Below the pieces are notes generated by a model, which made no database searches, had not been told where the DNA came from, and saw only the letters and a program-made list of their open reading frames with translations. 54,884 nucleotides of DNA from Burkholderiales bacterium. GTDB lineage: Bacteria > Pseudomonadota > Gammaproteobacteria > Burkholderiales > SG8-39. This document shows positions 45,679 to 54,698 of the stretch, one piece after another. Within the stretch, counting starts at the first letter, position 1. The number at the start of each line of letters is the position of its first letter. Location of the stretch: NCBI GenBank assembly GCA_052172655.1, contig JBQMQE010000003.1, positions 1 to 54,884 on the forward strand, in the 5' to 3' direction. The translations under genes were made by a program, and so were the position numbers.

Positions 45679-47909
45679 TATCGCCTGCTCGCGCTAAGCA
45701 CCCCTTGCACTTCCCTCACCTGCGCCAGGGTGCGCTGCAACTGTTCCAGATCGCAGATCTCGACGGTGAAGGACATGTGGGCCATATGCTGCTTCGATTG
45801 CGTGTTGACCCCGGTGACATTGATTTTCTCGCGCGAGAGCACCTCCGAAATATCGCGCAGCAAGCCCTGGCGGTCGTGCGCCTGCACCACGATGTCCACC
45901 GAAAACACGCCGTCCTTTTGCTGCCCCCAGTCGGCTTCGATCATGCGCTCGGGTTGAAGCTCGGCCAGGCGCTGCAGGTCGCGGCAACTGCGCCGGTGTA
46001 TCGACACCCCGCGGCCGCGGGTGACGAAGCCGGCGATTGCGTCAGGCGGCGCGGGCCTGCAGCACTTGGCCAGTTGCGTCAGCAGCTTGTCCATGCCGAC
46101 GACGAGTATGCCGCCGTCCTTGGCGTCCGCCCTGCTCTTGACCGGCATCAGGGCGTCCGGCGCCGCAGCGGCAGGCACGGCCCCGCGTGGCGCCCTCGGC
46201 TGCGGCACTGCACCACGCAGCGCAGTCTGTAGCTGCCTCATTCCGATTTCCTCGCGCCCGGCCGCGGCGAACATTTCCTCGCTCTTGCCGAACCCCAGTT
46301 GCTGTGCCAGGTGGTCCAGATTGGCGCCGGTCGTGCCCACGCGCTGCAACTCGCGCTCGACGATGGCGCGCCCCTGGGCGACGGTCTCGGCCAGCGCCTG
46401 CGTGTTGAACCACTGGCGCACCTTGTTGCGCGCGCGCGAACTGCGCAGGTAACCCAGCGCCGGGTTCATCCAGTCGCGGCTGGGGCCGCCGGTTTTGGCT
46501 GCGGTAATCTCGACCCGCTGGCCGGTGGCGAGCTTGTAATTGAGCGGCACCATCGCGCCGTCGACCTTGGCGCCGCGGCAGCGGTGGCCAAGATCGGTAT
46601 GCAACTGGTAGGCGAAATCCACAGGCGTCGATCCCTGCGGCAGGTCCAGCACCCGCCCCTGCGGCGTGAGCACGTAGACGGTATCGTCCAGCGCGGTGCG
46701 CTTGAACTGTTCCACCCAGTTGACTGACTCGGCCACGTCGTCGCGCCAGGCGAGCACTTGCCGCAACCAGGCTATTTTTTCGTCGAACGGGTCCGGCCGC
46801 CCGCCCCCCCGCCCCGCGCCCGCCTCCTTGTAGCGCCAGTGCGCGGCCACGCCCAGTTCCGCGTGGCCGTGCATCTCGTGCGTGCGTATCTGCACTTCCA
46901 GCGCGCGCCCGTCCGGACCGACCACCGCCGTGTGCAGGGAACGATAGTCGTTGCTTTTCGGGCGCGAGATGTAATCGTCGAACTCTTTCGGAATCGGCGT
47001 CCACAGGTTGTGCACGACCCCCAGCGCGGTGTAGCAGTCCTTCACCGTATCCACCAGCACGCGCAGCGCACGCACGTCGTAGATCTCGGAGAAGTCCAGG
47101 CTCTTGCCGCGCATCTTGTTGTAGATGCTGTAGATGTGCTTGGGCCGGCCGAGCACTTCGGCGCGGATGCCCGTCGCGCGCAATTCCGCCTCCAGCGCGC
47201 TCACCGCGGCGGCGATGAAGCTCTCGCGCTCGACCCGCTTCTCGTCCAGCATGGACGCGATCTTCTTGTACAGCTCCGGCTCTAGGTAGCGGAACGCGTA
47301 ATCTTCCAGTTCCCACTTGAGCTGCCAGATGCCCAGGCGGTTGGCGAGCGGCGCGTAGATGTCCAGGGTTTCCTGCGCGTACGGCCGGCGCAGTACGTCG
47401 GGCGAGCGCGACATGAAGCGCAGCGTCTGCGTGCGGCTCGCCAGCCGCAACAGCACCACGCGTATGTCTTCGACCATGGCGAGCAGCATTTTGCGCAGCA
47501 CCTCGGCTTGCGAGCTATGGGCCGCGCCACTTTCCTGCCCCGCCAGTGCGCGGGTAACCACGCGCAGCCGGTTGAGCTTGGCGATGCCCGCCACCAAGCC
47601 CGCGACTGCAGGGCCGAATCCGGCGGCGAGCTGGTCCTGGCTGTCGGGCAGATACTGCGGCGCCGCAAACAGGATGCCGGCGATGCGCGTCTCTGCGTCC
47701 AGCCGCAGCGCGGCGAGGGAAGAAGCCGCCCCCAGCGCGTGCTCCAGCGCCGGCTCCCCCGTGCCGAGCCGCTTGTCCGCATAAATGGTCAGAGCAAGCG
47801 CGTAGGCGCGGCGCAGCCGGTCGGCGTCGGCTTCGGGCAAGCCGGCCGCGATCGAATCCAGCGCCGGATCGGGCGAATTGACGCGTGCAGTCTGCACCCC
47901 CCTGTCCAT
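45678..47909 (-). CDS. relA: GTP pyrophosphokinase RelA ((p)ppGpp synthetase I; hydrolase-domain HD motif degenerate)
   Basis: Trimmed to the ATG at 47909 (MDRGVQTARV...). Synthetase motifs DYISRPKSNDYRSLHTAV and EVQIRTHEMH, plus TGS and ACT-like C-terminal domains. The N-terminal pseudo-hydrolase reads GILFAAP where SpoT has HD. Confidence 0.93.
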   Translation of the reverse strand: MDRGVQTARVNSPDPALDSIAAGLPEADADRLRRAYALALTIYADKRLGTGEPALEHALGAASSLAALRLDAETRIAGILFAAPQYLPDSQDQLAAGFGPAVAGLVAGIAKLNRLRVVTRALAGQESGAAHSSQAEVLRKMLLAMVEDIRVVLLRLASRTQTLRFMSRSPDVLRRPYAQETLDIYAPLANRLGIWQLKWELEDYAFRYLEPELYKKIASMLDEKRVERESFIAAAVSALEAELRATGIRAEVLGRPKHIYSIYNKMRGKSLDFSEIYDVRALRVLVDTVKDCYTALGVVHNLWTPIPKEFDDYISRPKSNDYRSLHTAVVGPDGRALEVQIRTHEMHGHAELGVAAHWRYKEAGAGRGGGRPDPFDEKIAWLRQVLAWRDDVAESVNWVEQFKRTALDDTVYVLTPQGRVLDLPQGSTPVDFAYQLHTDLGHRCRGAKVDGAMVPLNYKLATGQRVEITAAKTGGPSRDWMNPALGYLRSSRARNKVRQWFNTQALAETVAQGRAIVERELQRVGTTGANLDHLAQQLGFGKSEEMFAAAGREEIGMRQLQTALRGAVPQPRAPRGAVPAAAAPDALMPVKSRADAKDGGILVVGMDKLLTQLAKCCRPAPPDAIAGFVTRGRGVSIHRRSCRDLQRLAELQPERMIEADWGQQKDGVFSVDIVVQAHDRQGLLRDISEVLSREKINVTGVNTQSKQHMAHMSFTVEICDLEQLQRTLAQVREVQGVLSASRR

Positions 47910-47976
47910 GATTGCATTATATCGCCCGACCGAGGCGCACGGCCGTGACCAAACGCAAATCGGCGATAATTGCCCG

Positions 47977-48741
47977 ATGCTGGGATTTTTCAAAACGTGG
48001 CGCAGAAGACGCGCTCTACGCCGCTCGACCCTGGATCCGGCGCTGTGGCGGCAAGTGAGCGGCGGCCTGCCGTTTCTGCAGGGACTGGCGGCTGGGGAAT
48101 GGCAGCGTTTGCACGATCACACGGTGCTGTTTCTCGACGAAAAGGAAATGCACGGCGCACGCGGTTTCGTCCTCACCGATGCGGTGCGCCTGTCGATCGC
48201 GGTGCAGGCCTGCCTGCCCATCCTCAATCTCGGCCTGGACGCCTACCAGGGGTGGGTGGGCATAGTCGTCTACCCCGGCGAATTCAAGGTGCGGCGCGAG
48301 GAAATGGACGCGAGCGGCGTGGTGCACGAATTCGACGATGCGCTCTCGGGCGAAGCCTGGCCCGGCGGGCCGGTGATCCTGTCCTGGCAGGATATCAAGC
48401 TCGGTGCGGCCGGCTACAACGTGGTGATCCACGAATTCACCCACAAGCTGCACATGAGCCGCGGCGACATGGACGATTTTCCGCCGCCGCACGCGGATAT
48501 GGAACGCGAACAATGGCTCGCGGCCTGGGACGCGGCCTACGACGAATTCTGCACCCAGGTGGACCGCGGCATGGACACGGTGATCGACCCTTACGCGAGC
48601 GAGGATCCGGCCGAGTTCTTCGCCGTCCTCTCCGAAGTTTTCTTCACCCTGCCGCAGGCGGTGCGTTCGATCTACCCGGCGCTATACCAGCAGTTGGCGC
48701 TGTTCTACCGGCAGGATCCGGCGGCGCGGATTCAGGCGTAG
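47977..48741 (+). CDS. mtfA: MtfA-family zinc peptidase (M90)
   Basis: Trimmed to the ATG at 47977. HEFTHKLH (HExxH), DPYASEDPAEFFAVLSEVFF and LALFYRQDP align by eye with E. coli MtfA. Confidence 0.9.
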   Translation: MLGFFKTWRRRRALRRSTLDPALWRQVSGGLPFLQGLAAGEWQRLHDHTVLFLDEKEMHGARGFVLTDAVRLSIAVQACLPILNLGLDAYQGWVGIVVYPGEFKVRREEMDASGVVHEFDDALSGEAWPGGPVILSWQDIKLGAAGYNVVIHEFTHKLHMSRGDMDDFPPPHADMEREQWLAAWDAAYDEFCTQVDRGMDTVIDPYASEDPAEFFAVLSEVFFTLPQAVRSIYPALYQQLALFYRQDPAARIQA

Positions 48742-48830
48742 TCAGGTACGGGCGGATTTGCGCGCTGCGCGCGCTAGGGATAAAAGCAATAGCGCAGAGC
48801 TGCGAATCAAGCCGCAAACGATAGGCTATG

Positions 48831-49691
48831 TCAGCTTGCCAGCAAAAAATCGCGCACGATCGCGATCTGGTCTTGGTGCATCAGCGTGGGTGCGTGGCCG
48901 ACATCCTGAATTTCCACTGTTTTTGCGCGCGGGCCGCGGCGGGCCATTTCTTCCACGGTGTCACGCTTGAGCAGATCGGACAAGGCGCCGCGGATTACCA
49001 GCGTCGGGCATTTGATCGCGTCGTAGTACTGCCACAACTCGATGTCCTTGTCGGGCGCGGCGGCGCTAAAGGGCACGGCGATGGCCGGATCGTAGTGCAT
49101 GCGGTAGCTGCCATCAGGCTGCCTGCGCGTGACGTGCTCGGTGAGCGTGGACCATTCGGCGTCGCTGTGAGCGCCAAAGGGCGCGCTGACCGCGCGTATG
49201 TATTGCACCGCCGTGGCGAAATCCGGAAACTGCGGCGCCTTGCCCAGATACTCGCCGATGCGGGCAAGCGAAGCCGCGGCGACGATGGGCCCGACATCGT
49301 TCAGCACCAGTTTTTGCAGCGGCGTCTCCGGCAAGCTGGCCAGCGTCATGCCGATCAGACCGCCCATCGAGGTGCCGACCCAATGCACGCAGTCGGCGTC
49401 CAGGCGCGCGAGCAGGGTCACCATGTCGGCGACATAGGTCTGCACCTGGTATTCCATCGGATTCTTCAGCCAGCCGCTCAAGCCGCGGCCGGGCACGTCG
49501 GGACAGACCACGCGGCAATCGCCCGCCATGGCCCGCGCCAGAGTGTCGAAATCGCGTCCGCAGCGCGACAGGCCGTGCACGCAAACCAGCACCTTGCGGT
49601 TGCCCGGATCGCCCCACTCGGTATAGGCCAGCCGGTGCAATCCGCTAGCGGTGATGCATTGCACCTGGCGCTGCCTGAATTCCTCTCCCAT
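48831..49691 (-). CDS. Alpha/beta-fold hydrolase
   Basis: 286 aa with the HG oxyanion motif (VCVHGLSRCGRDF), nucleophile elbow GTSMGG and a C-terminal GHAP histidine. Confidence 0.85.
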   Translation of the reverse strand: MGEEFRQRQVQCITASGLHRLAYTEWGDPGNRKVLVCVHGLSRCGRDFDTLARAMAGDCRVVCPDVPGRGLSGWLKNPMEYQVQTYVADMVTLLARLDADCVHWVGTSMGGLIGMTLASLPETPLQKLVLNDVGPIVAAASLARIGEYLGKAPQFPDFATAVQYIRAVSAPFGAHSDAEWSTLTEHVTRRQPDGSYRMHYDPAIAVPFSAAAPDKDIELWQYYDAIKCPTLVIRGALSDLLKRDTVEEMARRGPRAKTVEIQDVGHAPTLMHQDQIAIVRDFLLAS

Positions 49692-49810
49692 TTGTCACTC
49701 CACGTATGGTTCGCGCCAAAAGTATAGCAGGCCGAACATGCGCCATTCGTCGGCACGGCTGCACCTGTTCGGCGCCGCGAAAAGCAGATGCGCCGCGCGG
49801 AGCTGGCGCG

Positions 49811-52225
49811 TTACTGCGCATACCAGTAGCGTTTTCTCAGCCCACGATAGCCATCCACGGCTATCCCCTCGCCGTCGATGCGCACCCGCACCGCGCCCGC
49901 GTTGTCGGTGCGCAGCATTTGCGCGCCGCTGGCACGATAGCGCTCGATCACCGCCTGTTTCGGATGACCGAAGCGGTTGCGATATCCAACCGGGAGTACG
50001 GCCCAGCGCGGCTGTACCGCGGCGATGAATTCTTCGGTGGACGAAGTGCTGCTGCTGTGGTGCGGCACCACCAGCACATCGGCGCGCAGTTCTTTCCGCG
50101 CACGCTCGAGCAGTTCCTGTTCCGAACGCGCCTCGATGTCGCCGGTGAGCAGCACCGCGCCCCGCGCGGCGGCAATCCTCAGCACGCAGCTACGATCATT
50201 GGACTTTAGCCTGTCGATGGCGTAGCTGGCGGCCGTCGGATGCAGCAGTTCGAAGCGCACACCGTCCCAGTCCCAACGCTGCCCGGCAGCGCACGGCAAC
50301 CTGTAGCCTGCGGCCGCGCGCCACGCCGCATGGGACGCGGGAAGCGACGAGTAAAAGGCCGCGACCGGCACACCCGACAGCACGCTAGCGGCGCCGCCCG
50401 CATGGTCGTTGTCGTCGTGGGTGACCACCATCGCATCGAGCCGCGCGATGCCCGAGGCGCGCAGGAACGGCAGGATCACGCGGCTGCCGCTATCGGCCTC
50501 GGGACTGTAAGCCGGCCCGGCGTCGTAGAGCAACGCGTGGCGCTCGGTCTGCACGAATATCGCCAAGCCCTGGCCCACGTCGAGCAGCGTCAACCACAGC
50601 GCGCCAGCAGCGGGCGCGGGCGGAGCTACGGTGAACATCGGCAGCATCAGCAGCAGGCCCAGCCAGCGCGCCGGAACGCCGCGCGGTAACAGCAGCCAGG
50701 CGGTGCCGGCCAGGGCCAGCGCCACGGTCCAGGCCGCGGGCACATGCTGTTGCCACACGGCTGCGGGCAACGCCGCACACCACTCGAGCAGCCACATCTG
50801 CAGCGCCATGACCGCATGCGCGAGCTTCAGCATGAAATCGAAAGGCAGCACGCTCCCGGCGAGCGCCAGCGGCGTCACCACCAGGCTAACCAGCGGGATG
50901 GCCACGGCATTGGCCAGCGGCGACACCAGCGACATCTGCTGGAACCAAATGAGCAGCAGCGGCGCCAATGCCAGCGTGATCGCCCACTGTACGCGCCCCC
51001 ATTGAAGGACGCTGCGGCCCAAGGCGGCGCCTTGCCGCTGGGCGAGGCCTTGCCCGGGGGTAAGGCCTTGCCCGGGCGCAAGCTCCCGCCCTGCGTGCAA
51101 GCGGCCGGTCGCTACGTACAGGATGACTGCGACCGCGCCGAAAGAAAGCCAGAATCCGGGCGCGAGCACCGCCCAGGGATCGAGCAGCAGCACCAGCAAC
51201 AGCGCGGCACAGAGCACACGCGACACCGAACTCACGCGGCCCGACCACAGCGCCAGCGCTACCACGCCCACCATGTAGAGCGTGCGCTGCGCCGGCACGG
51301 CGAAACCTGCAATCAGGCAATAGCCGAGGGCGGCGAAGAACCCGGCCAGCGCGGCAGCCTTGCGCGCCGGCAATGCCAGCATCAGGGCGGATGAGCGCCG
51401 CCACAGCCAGTGGACGAGCGCCGCAAACAGACTCGCCACCATGGTGACATGCAGGCCGGAAATCGACATGAGATGCGACACCCCGGTGCGCGCGAACAAC
51501 CGCCATTGCCGCGCATCGATGGCATTCTGATCGCCGATCGCGAGCGCGATCAGGATGCCGGCGTAGGGATAGCCCGGCAGCGCATCCCGGTGCCGCTCGC
51601 GCAGGATTTCGCGGCCGCGTTGCAGCAGGTAAGCCGGCCGCAGCACCAGCTCGTCCAGGCGCGCGCTGCCCCCCGGACGCACATAGCCGGTCGCACCGAT
51701 GGAACGCTGCAGCAGCCAGGACTCGTAGTCGAAGCCGTAGGGATTGACGCTGCCGTGCGGGCGCCGCAGGCGCACGGTAAAGCGCCAGCGCTCGCCGGCG
51801 CGTATCGGCGCGCTGTCCCGGAACGCCTCGCGGCTCGCGCCCTTGTACCAGGCGAGCGCGATGCGCTGCGGCAGGCGCGCCGCGGCGGGCTCGACCTGTT
51901 CCACATCGAAATCGAAGCGCACGCCGCGCTCGAACGGCTGCGGCAGACTCGCCACCACGCCGGTGACGCCGACATCCACGCCCTCCCACTGTTGCGGCAG
52001 GCGATCGGCCAGGCGCCATTGGGCCCAGGCCGCGGCATAGAAGAACCCGACAGCGGCAAATATCGCGCCAGCCAGCAAGGCAGCGGCGACCGCGGCGCGA
52101 GGCCGCAGCCACCACCATGCGGCCAGCAGCGGGGCGAGCAACAGCGCCCAGACGAGCGGCGGCAACTGCGGCTGCTGCTGCAACAGCCACACGCCCAGCG
52201 CAAAACCGATGAAATTGAACCGCAT
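49811..52225 (-). CDS. comEC: DNA internalization-related competence protein ComEC/Rec2
   Basis: 804 aa: N-terminal multi-TM competence domain (VSHLMSISGLHVTM) plus a C-terminal metallo-beta-lactamase domain (LLDVGQGLAIFV...VVTHDDNDHAGG). Confidence 0.92.
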   Translation of the reverse strand: MRFNFIGFALGVWLLQQQPQLPPLVWALLLAPLLAAWWWLRPRAAVAAALLAGAIFAAVGFFYAAAWAQWRLADRLPQQWEGVDVGVTGVVASLPQPFERGVRFDFDVEQVEPAAARLPQRIALAWYKGASREAFRDSAPIRAGERWRFTVRLRRPHGSVNPYGFDYESWLLQRSIGATGYVRPGGSARLDELVLRPAYLLQRGREILRERHRDALPGYPYAGILIALAIGDQNAIDARQWRLFARTGVSHLMSISGLHVTMVASLFAALVHWLWRRSSALMLALPARKAAALAGFFAALGYCLIAGFAVPAQRTLYMVGVVALALWSGRVSSVSRVLCAALLLVLLLDPWAVLAPGFWLSFGAVAVILYVATGRLHAGRELAPGQGLTPGQGLAQRQGAALGRSVLQWGRVQWAITLALAPLLLIWFQQMSLVSPLANAVAIPLVSLVVTPLALAGSVLPFDFMLKLAHAVMALQMWLLEWCAALPAAVWQQHVPAAWTVALALAGTAWLLLPRGVPARWLGLLLMLPMFTVAPPAPAAGALWLTLLDVGQGLAIFVQTERHALLYDAGPAYSPEADSGSRVILPFLRASGIARLDAMVVTHDDNDHAGGAASVLSGVPVAAFYSSLPASHAAWRAAAGYRLPCAAGQRWDWDGVRFELLHPTAASYAIDRLKSNDRSCVLRIAAARGAVLLTGDIEARSEQELLERARKELRADVLVVPHHSSSTSSTEEFIAAVQPRWAVLPVGYRNRFGHPKQAVIERYRASGAQMLRTDNAGAVRVRIDGEGIAVDGYRGLRKRYWYAQ

Positions 52226-52307
52226 CGCAGCTTAACGAACGAGCATCGCTGCGGTTGAATTGCCCTACAATCGAGCCATAGTAAGGTTGATTTCGACTGC
52301 AGATCCG

Positions 52308-52862
52308 ATGCCACGCAAGATTTTCAAGAAATACCTTCCCAGCCACGAAAGCGTGCGCAATCACCGGCATATGGTACGGTTCGGCGGCTTTCTGCAGCAT
52401 CCGAATCTGTGGCATCTGAACCGCCACTCGGTGGCGGGCGGCGTGGCGGTGGGCATGTTCGCCGGCCTGGTCCCCGGTCCGTTCCAGATGCTGACCGCGG
52501 CGCTGCTCGCCGTGCCGCTGCGGGTGAATCTGCCGGTGGCGCTCGTCACCACGTTCTACACCAATCCGTTCACCATCGGCCCGCTGTACGTGCTCGCCTA
52601 CCTGATCGGCCGGCTGATCATCGGCGGTCACGCCGCGCCGCTGGCCCCGCCGCCGGACATGGAGTGGTCGCGCCTGGGCGCGTCGTTGAATGCTTTTCTA
52701 GACTGGGCGCTGTCCCTGGGCACGCCGCTCGCGGTCGGCCTGTTGGCCCTGGCGCTGATCCTGGCCGCGCTCGGATACGCCTGCGTGCAGTTGGGCTGGC
52801 GCGCTTATGTGATCCGTGCCTGGCGCAGACGCCGGCAACGGCGCAGCGAGCATGGCCGCTGA
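52308..52862 (+). CDS. DUF2062 membrane protein
   Basis: Trimmed to the ATG at 52308 (MPRKIFKKYLPSHESVRNHRHMVRFGGFLQHPNLWHLNRHSVAGGVAVGMFAGLVPGP), the characteristic DUF2062 N-terminus. Divergent from comEC. Confidence 0.85.
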   Translation: MPRKIFKKYLPSHESVRNHRHMVRFGGFLQHPNLWHLNRHSVAGGVAVGMFAGLVPGPFQMLTAALLAVPLRVNLPVALVTTFYTNPFTIGPLYVLAYLIGRLIIGGHAAPLAPPPDMEWSRLGASLNAFLDWALSLGTPLAVGLLALALILAALGYACVQLGWRAYVIRAWRRRRQRRSEHGR

Positions 52863-52919
52863 AATAATCATGCAGCGCGCCTGCCGGCGTTTCGCCGCCA
52901 GCGCAGGCATCAAGCTCGC

Positions 52920-53546
52920 ATGAACCTGCAGGTCTGGCTGGCGTTCATCGTCGCCGCGATACTGATCAGCCTTTCGCCCGGTGCCGGCGCCATCTCCTGC
53001 ATGGCGAGCGGCATGCGCTACGGCTACCGGCGCTCGCTGCCGAACATCGCCGGCATGCAACTCGGCGTCGCGCTGCAACTGGTCGTAGTCGGCATCGGCC
53101 TGGGCGCGCTGCTCGCCGCCTCCACTCTCGCCTTCAACCTGGTCAAGGGCTTCGGCGTGGCCTATCTGTGCTACCTGGGCTGGCAGCAGTTCCGCGCCGA
53201 GGCGCGGCCGCTGCAACTCGCGCATGCGCAAACCGCGGCCGGCACGCCGCGCGCGCTGTTCGTGCAGGGCTTCCTGGTGAACGCGAGCAACCCCAAGGCG
53301 ACGATTTTCCTGCTGGCCGTGCTGCCGCAGTTCATCGATCCGCACGCGCCGCCGCTGCCGCAGTACCTCGTGTGCATGGCCACGCTCACCGTGGTCGACA
53401 TCATCGTCATGAGCGGGTATGCGCTGTTCGCCGCGCGCGTGCTGCGGCTGCTGCGCGAGCCGCGCCAGTTGCGCTGGATGAATCGCGGCTTCGGCGCCCT
53501 GTTCGTGCTCGCGGCCGAGTTCCTTGCGCTGTTCAGACGCGCCTGA
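52920..53546 (+). CDS. LysE/RhtB-family amino-acid (homoserine lactone-type) exporter
   Basis: 208 aa, six TM segments, with LISLSPGAGAI and NPKATIFLLAVLPQFI motifs. Confidence 0.87.
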   Translation: MNLQVWLAFIVAAILISLSPGAGAISCMASGMRYGYRRSLPNIAGMQLGVALQLVVVGIGLGALLAASTLAFNLVKGFGVAYLCYLGWQQFRAEARPLQLAHAQTAAGTPRALFVQGFLVNASNPKATIFLLAVLPQFIDPHAPPLPQYLVCMATLTVVDIIVMSGYALFAARVLRLLREPRQLRWMNRGFGALFVLAAEFLALFRRA

Positions 53547-53584
53547 CGCGCTGCGGCGGACTTGAATCACCGGCACACGGATTT

Positions 53585-54020
53585 TCAGTCCGGATTCAGC
53601 ACCCCATCCTGCAACCGCAATATGCGCTGGGCGCGCGCGGCGATGCCGGGATCGTGGGTGACAATGACGAAGCTGGTGCCGCGGCTTCGATTCAGTTCCA
53701 GCATCATCTCGAACACCTGCGCCCCGGTGTGGCGGTCGAGGTTGACGGTAGGCTCGTCGGCGAGCACGCAGGCGGGCTGGGTGACCAGCGCCCGCGCCGG
53801 CGACCAGGCATGTGCGCACTCGCACAAATCACATCTGGAATCCGGGGCGTGTCTTTTCGCCGGACAAGCTCTGCCGGACCTGCTTGCACAGGTCGTCCAC
53901 GAGGCCCGCGAGATAACTCCAGAATACCGGCTTCTCCACCGTTGGGGTCACCAGGTCCGAAGGCAGAAATCGCCGCATCTCCCGCCGAAAATCGGCGGCC
54001 ACCTCGGGATCGGCCAGCAC
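53585..54020 (-). pseudogene. lolD: Decayed lolD-like ABC transporter ATP-binding gene remnant (no Walker A, frame broken)
   Basis: 53585..53827 encodes [67 protein letters not shown] (Walker B, D-loop and H-loop of LolD-type ATPases). The adjacent frame 53829..54020 ends in ...QSLSGEKTR, a degenerate LSGGE signature, followed by a stop. About 40 extra nt separate the signature from ARALV. The roughly 80 N-terminal codons expected would fall inside vapC. Confidence 0.55.
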
Positions 54021-54058
54021 TGATCGGCAGCGCTGTGGGGCATCCGGCTCGCGCTGCG

Positions 54059-54454
54059 TCAGATCGCGATCACCGGGGGAGCAGTCGAATCATCACGGCC
54101 CGCGCGCCGTGCGAGATTGGCGTCGAACGTGGCGAAATCATCGCAGCCGGCGGCCAGTGCGTGGTGAAGCGCGTCAGCGAAGTCCCAACCTTGCCGCATT
54201 TTCGCGGCCGCCGCGATGACTGCCGCCTGCTCGCCGACGATGGCATTTTCCAGTATCGCGAGCTTTTCCATCGCGTCCGCAATGGCTTTGGGCGAATACC
54301 CGTAGCGCGAGCGCAGTACCCACTCCAGTTCAAGGATGACCGTTACTGGAACATACACCGGCTGAGCGCTCAGGCAGGCCTGAGCACGCCGTCCCTGTGC
54401 CGCGTCATCCTGCACCAGGGCGCGCACCAGCACGTTGGTATCCAGGGCGCGCAC
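54059..54454 (-). CDS. vapC: PIN-domain toxin VapC
   Basis: 131 aa with the acidic PIN residues in LDTNVLV, ELEWVL, DFADALH and FATFD. GTG start 4 nt after the vapB stop. Confidence 0.85.
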   Translation of the reverse strand: MRALDTNVLVRALVQDDAAQGRRAQACLSAQPVYVPVTVILELEWVLRSRYGYSPKAIADAMEKLAILENAIVGEQAAVIAAAAKMRQGWDFADALHHALAAGCDDFATFDANLARRAGRDDSTAPPVIAI

Positions 54455-54458
54455 GCCG

Positions 54459-54698
54459 TCAGTCCTTGTAGTCCGTGACCCGCATGTCCTTCACCGGCAC
54501 CCGCGGGCCGGAATACTTGAGGATTGCCTGGATCTCGGAAAGCGTCGCTGTATTCTTGGCCGGCGCCGGAGTGATGCGCGCACCTTTGCCCTCGACACGG
54601 ATGTCGACACGCATTCCAGGCTTTAAACCGAGCGCCTTGCGGACGGCAGCGGGAAGAACGATCTGTCCTTTGGTTGATACAAGCACGGCACTCATCAC
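54459..54698 (-). CDS. vapB: AbrB/MazE/SpoVT-type antitoxin VapB
   Basis: 79 aa. STKGQIVLPAAVRKALGLKPGMRVDI is the swapped-hairpin AbrB-fold DNA-binding motif. Immediately upstream of the PIN toxin. Confidence 0.85.
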   Translation of the reverse strand: MMSAVLVSTKGQIVLPAAVRKALGLKPGMRVDIRVEGKGARITPAPAKNTATLSEIQAILKYSGPRVPVKDMRVTDYKD

